Positions 10,353-19,262 of a DNA stretch of 64,000 nt are shown one piece after another. The DNA lies in contig JBHLOY010000012.1 in assembly GCA_048939995.1 (NCBI GenBank), positions 1 through 64,000 of the forward strand, given 5' to 3'. The DNA comes from Promethearchaeota archaeon (lineage in GTDB: Archaea > Asgardarchaeota > Lokiarchaeia > Sigyniarchaeales > SOKP01). The translations under genes and the position numbers were made by a program. The notes beneath the pieces were generated by a model that had not been told where the DNA came from, made no database searches, and worked only from the letters and a program-made list of their open reading frames with translations. The number at the start of each line of letters is the position of its first letter. Positions within the stretch are counted from its first letter, which is position 1.

Positions 10353-10754
10353 TTATCTCTTAAGGTTATTCTTTACAAATTCTACGATTGTTTTTAATTC
10401 AGTTCCGGGTCCATGAAAGCCCTTAAGGCCATGATTCTCAAGGAAGGGTTTATCCTCATCAGGAATTATTCCCCCTACCGCAACAAGAACATCATCAATG
10501 CCATTTTCTTTTAACTTCTCCATGATGATTGGACATAATGCGTTATGAGCTCCTGATAACATACTTAACATAACTGCATCAGGATCCTCCTGAATTACTG
10601 TATTAACAATATCGTCGGGGGTTTGATGGAGTCCTGTATAGATAACCTCCATCCCTGCATCTCGTAATGCTCGAGCTAATACTTTAGCCCCCCGATCATG
10701 ACCATCCAATCCTGGTTTACATACTAGAACCTTTATTTTCCTTTTTTCAGTCAT
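10353..10754 (-). CDS. acyl-CoA mutase small (cobalamin-binding) subunit
   Basis: 'KPGLDGHDRGAK' (DxHxxG), 'SMLSGAH', 'GGIIP'; start reassigned to ATG 10754 to remove the overlap with the large subunit. Confidence 0.93.
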   Translation of the reverse strand: MTEKRKIKVLVCKPGLDGHDRGAKVLARALRDAGMEVIYTGLHQTPDDIVNTVIQEDPDAVMLSMLSGAHNALCPIIMEKLKENGIDDVLVAVGGIIPDEDKPFLENHGLKGFHGPGTELKTIVEFVKNNLKR

Positions 10755-10764
10755 TTTTCTCTCC

Positions 10765-12399
10765 TTAGAAAATTGAATCTTCTTGATATGTGCCAAATAC
10801 TTCTTTTAACGTTTCAATTATTTCACCAATTGAAACATATTCTCTCACAGCATCAATAATATAAGGCATTAAATTTTCGGTACCTTGCGCTGCTTTTTTA
10901 AGGCTTTCTAATTTTTCTTGAGCTTTCTTGTTATCTCTTTCTTGCTTTAATTTCTTTAACTTTCTTATTTGCTCTTTAGCTACCTGTTCATCAATCTTTA
11001 ATAGGGGTGTAGAACAAGGTTCTCTGAAAGTTACATCATTAACTCCTACGATAATTCTTTCTTTCTTTTCCACTTCTTTTTGATATTTGTATGACGCATT
11101 TGCAATTTCTTTTTGGAAGAAATTTGCCTTAATAGCAGGAATTACTCCTCCTAACTCATCAATCCTCTGGAAATAATTTTCAGCTTCCTCTTCCATTTTA
11201 TTAGTAAGCCATTCAACATAATAACTCCCCGCAAGTGGATCCACGGTATCAGCTACTCCCGATTCGTGAGCGATTATTTGCTGTGTTCGCAATGCAATTT
11301 TAGCAGCTTTTTCAGTTGGTAGACATAACGCTTCATCAAAAGAATTGGTATGTAATGATTGAGTGCCTCCCAATACAGCAGCTAAAGCTTGAAGTGTGAC
11401 TCTAGCTATATTAATTTCAGGCTCTTGTGCTGTAAGTGAGACACCGGCAGTTTGTGTATGAAATCTGAGTCTCATTGACTCAGCATTTTTAGCACCATAC
11501 TTATTTTTCATATGTTTGGCCCATATTTTCCTAGCAGCTCTGTATTTTGCTACTTCTTCAAAAAAGTTGTTATGTGAATTAAAGAAAAATGATAGCCTCG
11601 GAGCAAAATCATCAACATCCAATCCCCTCTCCATTGCGGCTTCAACATACGCGAATCCATCAGCCAATGTAAATGCTAATTCTTGGACAGCAGTCGAACC
11701 TGCTTCTCTAATATGATAGCCACTTATAGATATTGTATACCATTGAGGTATATACTTAGTGCAATATTCTATCGTGTCAATAATAAGTCTCATAGAAGGT
11801 TCAGGTGGAAAAATCCATGATTTCTGTGCAATATATTCTTTTAAAATATCATTTTGAATCGTTCCTCTCAATTCTTCTGGGCTATGTCCCTGTTTCTCAG
11901 CAGTTACTACGTACAACGCTAAAAGGATTGCAGCAGGACCATTGATTGTCATAGAAGTGCTAATTTTTGAAAGATCTATACCATCAAATAAAGTTTCCAT
12001 ATCTTTTATGGTATCAATACTTACGCCCTCTTTCCCTATCTCTCCTAGTGCTTTTTCATCAGTTGCTTCAATACCATAGATTGTATGAAGGCTGAAAGCA
12101 ACGCTCAGTCCTGTTTGACCATGTTCTAATAGAAACTTATAACGTTTATTTGTTTGGTCAGCAGTTCCAAATCCCGCAAACTGTCTCATAGTCCAAAGTC
12201 TACCACGGTACATACTTTTATAGGCTCCACGAGTGAAAGGATATTTTCCTGGTTCTCCTAGATCCATTAGATAATTTAAATCCTTGACATCTTCTGGAGT
12301 ATATAGTCTTTTTATTTCAATATCAGAAAGATTTCGAAACTTTTCTTTTCGTTCTCCTTTAGTTGGCTTTAACGTTTTTTGCTCATCTATTTCTGTCAT
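10765..12399 (-). CDS. acyl-CoA mutase large (substrate-binding) subunit, isobutyryl-CoA-mutase-like
   Basis: 'YPFTRG', 'RQFAGF', 'QNDILKEYIAQ', 'ISISGYHIREAG', 'QSLHTNSFDEA'. Confidence 0.93.
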   Translation of the reverse strand: MTEIDEQKTLKPTKGERKEKFRNLSDIEIKRLYTPEDVKDLNYLMDLGEPGKYPFTRGAYKSMYRGRLWTMRQFAGFGTADQTNKRYKFLLEHGQTGLSVAFSLHTIYGIEATDEKALGEIGKEGVSIDTIKDMETLFDGIDLSKISTSMTINGPAAILLALYVVTAEKQGHSPEELRGTIQNDILKEYIAQKSWIFPPEPSMRLIIDTIEYCTKYIPQWYTISISGYHIREAGSTAVQELAFTLADGFAYVEAAMERGLDVDDFAPRLSFFFNSHNNFFEEVAKYRAARKIWAKHMKNKYGAKNAESMRLRFHTQTAGVSLTAQEPEINIARVTLQALAAVLGGTQSLHTNSFDEALCLPTEKAAKIALRTQQIIAHESGVADTVDPLAGSYYVEWLTNKMEEEAENYFQRIDELGGVIPAIKANFFQKEIANASYKYQKEVEKKERIIVGVNDVTFREPCSTPLLKIDEQVAKEQIRKLKKLKQERDNKKAQEKLESLKKAAQGTENLMPYIIDAVREYVSIGEIIETLKEVFGTYQEDSIF

Positions 12400-12514
12400 T
12401 ATACCATACCTATTAAACTAATAAGTGTAACATTACCTTTAATTCGCTATAAAGATATTTTATTACAAGTTTGATAATAAAATAAAGTTATTAATTTTTC
12501 TTATTCAAGAGATT

Positions 12515-13651
12515 TTAAGCGATTTTATAAGCTTCATTAATTGCAGAACATCCACCACATCTTACACAACCAGCTTTATTCTTTAAAGGATCAACGCCAT
12601 AGTCTTTCATTAATTCAGCAGCTTCTTTATAAACCTTGGTTAATAGTTTATGGTCGGTTTTTGGCAAACTTTTCCCTCCAGGAATGGACCTTACTGGAGT
12701 AATAAGTGGTATTATCCCAATAGAAATAATATCTTCTAGACCAGATATTAATTTATCATAATCCTCTCCAAATCCAGTTAGTATAAATGTCTCAACTTGA
12801 TTATCACCAAAAATTTGATGGGCATATTCCCAATTAGTCTTAAAATCCTCATATGAAATATGATATTTACCGGGAGTTACTTCTTTTCTAATGTTTTCAT
12901 CAAGCACTTCAAGATGGATGCCTATTGTATCCGCTCCAGCCTCTTTTAATTTTTCAATGTAAGTTAAATCATCTAACGGTTCGATTTGAACATGGAGAGG
13001 AAGTTTTGGATAATTTCTCTTAATTTCTTGTAATAGTTGAATATATCGATTAGCACCCTTATCGTCAGTTTCATCCGTACCACTAGTTAAAGTCATATGA
13101 TTACACCTTCCTTCCTTCTGAGCAGCTTTAATTACCTCAATCATTTGTTGGGGCGTTTTTTCCAAAATAGTAGCATCTGAAAGTAAACTTAACTCAATAC
13201 CACAAAACGCACACCCCTCCCCACAAGCCCAATAAACGCATTTTTGGTATATTGTGCTAGCTAAGCAATCTATTCCATGGACTAATGCTATCTTTTTCAT
13301 TGGAATTCCATCAGATGTAATATATTCGGGATTGTAATATTTTGGGTTAGACACTAATTTCATTCTACTATAAGGACCATTAGTTTTAGTATCGAAAATT
13401 TCAAAATGCCCATCATTATAATCTCCTAGCAATAAGTTTGTTCTGATTTTATTATCCCATAGAGCAACATTTACCAAAACTCCATTCTCAAATAAAAAAT
13501 ATCGCCCACCAGATGGACCAGCACCTCCTTTTCTACCAAAATCAATTTCGATCCCTTGCCTTCGATAATCTTGAATTCGATTTTTATCTAGATACAATCC
13601 TTTACATAATAACTCGGTTTTTTTAACAAATGCAGTATAATCATCAATCAT
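12515..13651 (-). CDS. radical SAM protein, MSMEG_0568-like
   Basis: 'GRKGGAGPS', 'KIALVHG..CLASTI.Q.C', CGEGCAFC cluster motif, C-terminal 'AGCVRCGGCS'. Confidence 0.85.
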   Translation of the reverse strand: MIDDYTAFVKKTELLCKGLYLDKNRIQDYRRQGIEIDFGRKGGAGPSGGRYFLFENGVLVNVALWDNKIRTNLLLGDYNDGHFEIFDTKTNGPYSRMKLVSNPKYYNPEYITSDGIPMKKIALVHGIDCLASTIYQKCVYWACGEGCAFCGIELSLLSDATILEKTPQQMIEVIKAAQKEGRCNHMTLTSGTDETDDKGANRYIQLLQEIKRNYPKLPLHVQIEPLDDLTYIEKLKEAGADTIGIHLEVLDENIRKEVTPGKYHISYEDFKTNWEYAHQIFGDNQVETFILTGFGEDYDKLISGLEDIISIGIIPLITPVRSIPGGKSLPKTDHKLLTKVYKEAAELMKDYGVDPLKNKAGCVRCGGCSAINEAYKIA

Positions 13652-13818
13652 AATAAGGAAATTTATTGTTTAGAATCCCAATTTAATAAAATTTTTTAAT
13701 TAGTCTTCATGAAATTTATTTATTACAGACTTATAAGTATAGTTCTTATTAATTGTAAAGGTTATACTTTCTAAGCTTATTTAAAATTAAATGTAAAAAT
13801 TTATTAGGTGTATTAAAT

Positions 13819-14445
13819 TTGGCGCATAAAAGACCATGGAGATGTTACTCTGGGTGGACACGCCGCCCGTACCAGCATAAGCGAAGTAGAAATCACCGTA
13901 GAGAATATGCTCGTGGAGGAAGTCAATCAAAGATTGTTAGATATTGGGGAGGAAATAAAGATATTGCTTGGAAAGATTGGGAACTTGTAGTTTCTCTAAA
14001 GGTTGATAAGCAAGTACAGATTTCCTCAAATGCTCTTGAAGCTATTAGAGTTACAATTAATGGTGCGTTACAAAAACTTTTAGGAAGAACTAACTATCGA
14101 CTACGAGTGCGACCTAAACCCTTTCAGAAATATCGCGAAAATCGCATGTTGGCGTTTGCTGGAGCTGACCGCGTTCAAAGTGGTATGAGGAACAGCTTTG
14201 GGCGTTCTACAGGCGTTTGTGCGCGAGTTCGGGCCGGTTCTATTATTTGTGATATTGGAACTCATTTGAAAAACCTCCCTTTAATCCGAGAAAGATTGAG
14301 AATAGCTAGTATGAAAGTACCATGTTCCTGTTCAATCGTTATTTTAAGCTATAAAGCCCCAGAATTTTTCAAAAAAGCTGGTTTACCTCTATACGATGAT
14401 AAGAACCGAAAAGAGATTCCTCTATATGAACTTGCTTTTACATAA
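13819..14445 (+). CDS. rpl10e: 50S ribosomal protein uL16 (L10e, archaeal/eukaryotic type)
   Basis: 'RPWRCY', 'QISSNALEAIR', 'RENRMLAFAGADRVQSGMRNSFG'. Confidence 0.93.
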   Translation: MAHKRPWRCYSGWTRRPYQHKRSRNHRREYARGGSQSKIVRYWGGNKDIAWKDWELVVSLKVDKQVQISSNALEAIRVTINGALQKLLGRTNYRLRVRPKPFQKYRENRMLAFAGADRVQSGMRNSFGRSTGVCARVRAGSIICDIGTHLKNLPLIRERLRIASMKVPCSCSIVILSYKAPEFFKKAGLPLYDDKNRKEIPLYELAFT

Positions 14446-14556
14446 TTCAATTTTACTCTCAAGAGTAGATTACTTTTATAATCAACAACTTTTTAATACT
14501 CCAAAATCTCTTATAATATAATTTTAAAATAAGTATTTATGATTTTAAAGTAAATC

Positions 14557-15906
14557 TTGAAAAATCTCATACCATTTTTCAATCCCAAAAGTGTATTAAT
14601 CGTTGGAGTTTCTAGAAAGGCTCTTTCTTTTAGTTATACTGTTTTAAAAAATTTATTAGAAATATTCTATCAAGGACGGCTTTATATATTAAACCCAAAT
14701 GCGAGTGAAATTTTGGGAGTTCACGCTTATCATTCATTTGAAGAACTTCCAGAAGTGCCCGAACTTGCGGTAATTGTGTTAGGTAAAAACATCTTAGAGA
14801 TAGTTGAAAAATTAGGTGAGATGGGTCTAAAATATATCGCAATTCAAACTGAATTGAAGCCCGGTACAAATATCTCTGATATAACAATAAAACTACATCA
14901 GATTTGTGAAAAATACCATATTACTTATTTAGGACCATCAATGTTAGGAGTTATTAATTTCATTGACAATTTTACAACTTCGATTATACCAGTAAGACAA
15001 CATATTATGCGAGAGAACAAAAATGTTAAGGAAGGATTAAGTTTTATAGCACAAAGTGGGGGTCTTGCAGGAGCAATGGGTTGGTGGACTCCCTCTCAAA
15101 AGTTACCAATATCTAAAGTCATCCACTTAGGAAAAGGTTATCACATTGATGAGGCAGACATTCTTGATTTCTTTTTAGAGGATAAAACAACAAAAGTTAT
15201 CTCCTTATTTTTGAGAGAAATTTCAATTGAATTAATCGAAGCAGTTAAAAGAGTGTCAGTTTTTAAGCCTGTGCTCTTTTTTCATGTAGGTAAAGAAGAA
15301 GAAAATGTACATAGAATGAAGCAAGCTGGAGGAATCGAGGTGTTCAACTATATTGAGCTTTTTGAAATTGCTAAAATTTTTCTATGGTGTCCTGAACCAA
15401 AAGGCCCAAGACTAGGGCTTATTGGACCATCATCAGGAGCAATACATCTAATAGTTAGAGAGATGAGGAAACAAAATTTATCCCTTGCTCAGCCAAGTGA
15501 AGAATCAAGAAAAATAATATTGGATAAAGTAGGGGGCTCTACCTGTGCTTTTGGAAATCCTGTTGATTTTTGGCCCCCCGAAAAGTTTATTGGTATAAAG
15601 ATCTGTGGCATCTACAATACTGCATCGCAGGCATTATTAGAAGATCCTGCGGTTAATGGTTTGATTTTAGCTTTGGAATTTTTTATTGAAATCGAATTTG
15701 ATATTGGGATCTACGCTTCATTAAAGCATAAATTTCCAGATAAACCAATCATAATTATCTTAATCCAAGCTGAACATGAAGGTGCAAAACGTCTAATAAA
15801 AACTGCAAATGAATTAAAAATCCCTGTATTCGAAAATGAAGTAGAAAGAGCAATCAGGGGTTACAAGCTATTATTTGATTGGCATTCTAAAATAAAAAAG
15901 AAATAA
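14557..15906 (+). CDS. ADP-forming acyl-CoA synthetase alpha-subunit-like protein (degenerate)
   Basis: 'FFNPKSVLIVG' CoA-binding domain, 'LGPSMLG', 'AQSGG', 'NPVD'; SHTG phospho-His loop absent. Confidence 0.8.
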   Translation: MKNLIPFFNPKSVLIVGVSRKALSFSYTVLKNLLEIFYQGRLYILNPNASEILGVHAYHSFEELPEVPELAVIVLGKNILEIVEKLGEMGLKYIAIQTELKPGTNISDITIKLHQICEKYHITYLGPSMLGVINFIDNFTTSIIPVRQHIMRENKNVKEGLSFIAQSGGLAGAMGWWTPSQKLPISKVIHLGKGYHIDEADILDFFLEDKTTKVISLFLREISIELIEAVKRVSVFKPVLFFHVGKEEENVHRMKQAGGIEVFNYIELFEIAKIFLWCPEPKGPRLGLIGPSSGAIHLIVREMRKQNLSLAQPSEESRKIILDKVGGSTCAFGNPVDFWPPEKFIGIKICGIYNTASQALLEDPAVNGLILALEFFIEIEFDIGIYASLKHKFPDKPIIIILIQAEHEGAKRLIKTANELKIPVFENEVERAIRGYKLLFDWHSKIKKK

Positions 15907-15909
15907 GAT

Positions 15910-17163
15910 TTAACTTAAAAAGATATTTTTTAATTCTTCTGGTACTTCGCTATCTTCATCTATTAGAGAGATAGCATAAATATTTTCACCGCATTTACAT
16001 TCTTTTCCTTCAAATAAGTAAAATTTAAACTGATTTTTCCAATTACTGATTTGAACACTTCGGATATATGCTAGTTCACCACATACGCAGTATATGCCCA
16101 TTTCTTTAGAATAATTGGGGATTATTTCATTAAAAGGACGGGGAGCTTCCGAAAACTCAGAATCATTTAACATTTTATTTATGTCATCTGCAATTATATC
16201 TTTTAAAGTAGGAATAAAGCTAGATATAACACCATCTTTTCCTTTCATTTCATTTAATACAATAAAGTTTTTCTCGGGTTTTTGTTCGGAGAATAAGGGT
16301 TTTTCATATTGTTGTAGGTTTTCGGGAATCGGGAATGGGGCCATACCTTCTGGATACTCAAAAACAAAATAATATTGTGATACTCCTCTCAAAGTCCTCT
16401 GATTAATAAGCATTAAATTTTCATAGTCCCTACTATAAAGTCCAAATTTTATTAGTTGAAGTGGAACCTTTAATTCTAAAAGCTTAGCTCGGATATTGGT
16501 TAAGATATCATTTACAAAACTCTTTAAAATCATGACATCCCCACGATTTTGAGCATATACCTCATTTTTATTCTCCTCTTTAAATTTTATCCATTTCTTG
16601 AAAACAGAATTCCTAACAAATTGAGGTATGATACAAAAAACACATAAAATAGGAAAAATGAATAAATAGAAGTCTCCAATGTTTGGGATAAACATTAATA
16701 CCGTAATTGCAGCAATAAGGGGGATCGTTAAAATTAAATTTAAATTTCTTAATCGTTTATCTACTGAATTCTTTAATCCTTTACTCAAAGCAATTTCCTC
16801 TGCTCGAACTTTGAGTCTATAAATAGTGTCAAGAATTTTCTTTTCATCATAGCTTAATTTTAATAATATATCTTCTTCCGTTCCTATTTCAGCCCTATCA
16901 ATTTTTTCAGTTAATCTTTTGACATATTGGTCGAGACTTCGGTCTTTATAAATAAAATCTAAGGTTTCCTCAACAAAATAATCAAGAAATCTGGCAATAA
17001 ATAATTTTTCTTCAATATCTTGAATGTCTTCTGGCTTTAAACCTAACGCTTCTTGAATCATTTGACCTTGTGTTTTTTTCACTGATCTCTTCCGTTTTGA
17101 TTTTTCCTTTTTTCTATCAGAAGTATCTTCTTCTTCAATTTCATTCTTTTCGATTTCGTTCAT
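15910..17163 (-). CDS. hypothetical membrane protein (2 TM, C-terminal Cys cluster)
   Basis: 417-aa ORF, central TM hairpin, 'YCVCGE' and 'CKCGE'. Confidence 0.75.
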   Translation of the reverse strand: MNEIEKNEIEEEDTSDRKKEKSKRKRSVKKTQGQMIQEALGLKPEDIQDIEEKLFIARFLDYFVEETLDFIYKDRSLDQYVKRLTEKIDRAEIGTEEDILLKLSYDEKKILDTIYRLKVRAEEIALSKGLKNSVDKRLRNLNLILTIPLIAAITVLMFIPNIGDFYLFIFPILCVFCIIPQFVRNSVFKKWIKFKEENKNEVYAQNRGDVMILKSFVNDILTNIRAKLLELKVPLQLIKFGLYSRDYENLMLINQRTLRGVSQYYFVFEYPEGMAPFPIPENLQQYEKPLFSEQKPEKNFIVLNEMKGKDGVISSFIPTLKDIIADDINKMLNDSEFSEAPRPFNEIIPNYSKEMGIYCVCGELAYIRSVQISNWKNQFKFYLFEGKECKCGENIYAISLIDEDSEVPEELKNIFLS

Positions 17164-17306
17164 AATTCTTAAAAAAGCATATCTAAATTAATATTTAGTC
17201 AATAATAGTTGTAAAATAATTAACTTTATGAATTTTTCGTTGAATAATAATAATTATCTGTTTTTTAGATTATATCTATAAATAATTATTAGAAAAAATA
17301 ATAATT

Positions 17307-18140
17307 ATGAACAAATTAACCACAACAGTCTTGGTAAAAGATTTGAAATTTCCAGAAGCCCCAAGATGGCATGATGACAGATTATGGTTTTCTGATATGG
17401 AAGATCGCAAAGTTATATCTGTTAATATAAAAGGAGAGATAGAATCAGTACTCAAAGTACCAAATCGCCCCTCTGGTCTAGGATGGTTGCCTGATGGGAA
17501 AATGTTAGTGGTCTCTATGGAAGATCGAAAATTGTTTCAACTCGAATTAGGAGTCTTAAAAGAATTCGTCGATTTAAGTAAATTAGCAACTTATCATTTA
17601 AATGACATGGTTGTTGGTAAGCATGGATATACATATATTGGAAATTTTGGATTTGATTATATTAACAACCAACCATTTATTCCTGCTGCGATTATTATGG
17701 TTACTCCTGATAAGGAAATTAAAATTGTAGCTGAAAATATGTCGTTTCCAAACGGCATGGTTATTACACCCGATGGCAAAACAATTATTATAGCAGAAAC
17801 GCTTTCAGCTCGATTAACTGCTTTTGATATAAAAAACGATGGAACTCTTATCAACCGGAGATTATGGGCTGATTTAAAATCTATTCCCCCCGATGGAATT
17901 TGTCTTGATGAAGAAGAAGCTATCTGGGTTGCTGCTCCGGGACAACATAGAGCAGTAAGAGTTCTTGAGGGAGGGTCGATAACTCATATTGTAGAAGTAA
18001 AGAATGAAGCCTATGCTTGCATGTTAGGGGGTTCAAATTTGACAACCTTATTTATTGCGACAGCAACAAGTCATCTTATAAGAGAAAAAGGTCAGATTGA
18101 ATATGTGGAAGTTGATGTGCCTAAAGCAGGATTTCCATAA
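17307..18140 (+). CDS. SMP-30/gluconolactonase family protein
   Basis: 'FPEAPRWHD', 'NDMVV', 'FPNGMVITPDG', 'PDGICLD'. Confidence 0.92.
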   Translation: MNKLTTTVLVKDLKFPEAPRWHDDRLWFSDMEDRKVISVNIKGEIESVLKVPNRPSGLGWLPDGKMLVVSMEDRKLFQLELGVLKEFVDLSKLATYHLNDMVVGKHGYTYIGNFGFDYINNQPFIPAAIIMVTPDKEIKIVAENMSFPNGMVITPDGKTIIIAETLSARLTAFDIKNDGTLINRRLWADLKSIPPDGICLDEEEAIWVAAPGQHRAVRVLEGGSITHIVEVKNEAYACMLGGSNLTTLFIATATSHLIREKGQIEYVEVDVPKAGFP

Positions 18141-18250
18141 AAATTTCAGTTTTGTTTAAATAACCATTAAAAAAAAGGAATTAGATTTTTAAACCTTCAT
18201 TCTAATCTTCCATTATTTAATTTTAATATTAACAAACTAAAGGTGATTAA

Positions 18251-19132
18251 ATGACAGCTATTCGAAAACCTGGAAAGATAAATGATCATACATTTTTAAT
18301 TGATGCAAATATGATGGGGATTCCTGGAATATTGAGCATTTTTCTCATAGATGATGATAAAACGTGTTTAATAGACACAGGAACCCATATAGAAGCACGG
18401 AAGACTCTCAGAAAACTAAAAGAGTTGAATATGTTCCCTCCAGATATGATTATTTTGACCCATTCTCACTGGGATCATGTTCAAGCAATGCCCTTTCTAA
18501 GCCAGCGAGCAAAAAAAGAGGGAAAAGAAATTGAAATCTTCGCAGCAGCCTCTGCAATCCCCCATTTAAGAGACCAATCCTTTAATGCGGTATTTGAGAC
18601 CGGACCCTTTAATAATATTGAAGACGAAATCATTCCTCTTAAAGAAGGCGATTCAATTGAATTGAGAAACATATCCTTACATATAATTGAGACTCCGGGC
18701 CATATGGATGATGAGATCGCTATTTTGGATGAGAAAAATAAGAATCTATTCATTGGAGATGTACTTGGCATGAAAGTAACAGATACGGTTTTTGTCCCAC
18801 CTTTTATGCCTCCGCGATGGGATAAAACCGCTTACTTAAAATCCGTCGAAAAACTAAAGGAAATCGATTACGAAACCTTGTGTCTTGATCATTTTGGATA
18901 TTTTTATGGAACTGAGGCCAAAACAATCCTAGATGAATCTGTGCAAAATTGTAATCAATTTTGGAAGAGCTATGAAGAAAATGTAGGCCATATAGATGAC
19001 GTTCCTTATTTAATCGAAAATGTTCTTGAAAAACATATTTCTAAATCTGATATCCAAAATTTCCCTGAAAAATTAGTTCAAGGTGTGATTTATTGGCTTA
19101 GTCAAGGCTTTAAAATCTATAAAGCGCTATAA
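18251..19132 (+). CDS. metallo-beta-lactamase-fold hydrolase
   Basis: 'THSHWDH', 'TPGH', 'GD', late His. Confidence 0.9.
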   Translation: MTAIRKPGKINDHTFLIDANMMGIPGILSIFLIDDDKTCLIDTGTHIEARKTLRKLKELNMFPPDMIILTHSHWDHVQAMPFLSQRAKKEGKEIEIFAAASAIPHLRDQSFNAVFETGPFNNIEDEIIPLKEGDSIELRNISLHIIETPGHMDDEIAILDEKNKNLFIGDVLGMKVTDTVFVPPFMPPRWDKTAYLKSVEKLKEIDYETLCLDHFGYFYGTEAKTILDESVQNCNQFWKSYEENVGHIDDVPYLIENVLEKHISKSDIQNFPEKLVQGVIYWLSQGFKIYKAL

Positions 19133-19262
19133 AATAAATTAAGTCTCTTTTTTTATATTGCAGAAAAAAATAGACATTTTTATCAAAACATCTCCTTATC
19201 GCATAAATATAAAAATACAATTGATTATCAATAGTAATAATCTATTTAATTTATTTTAAAAA

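Noticed and set aside
3887-18771. Short overlapping ORFs (3887, 7193, 7722, 10005, 11516, 14630, 16115, 17657, 18481)
   Set aside because: Antisense shadows of well-supported genes with no recognisable motifs
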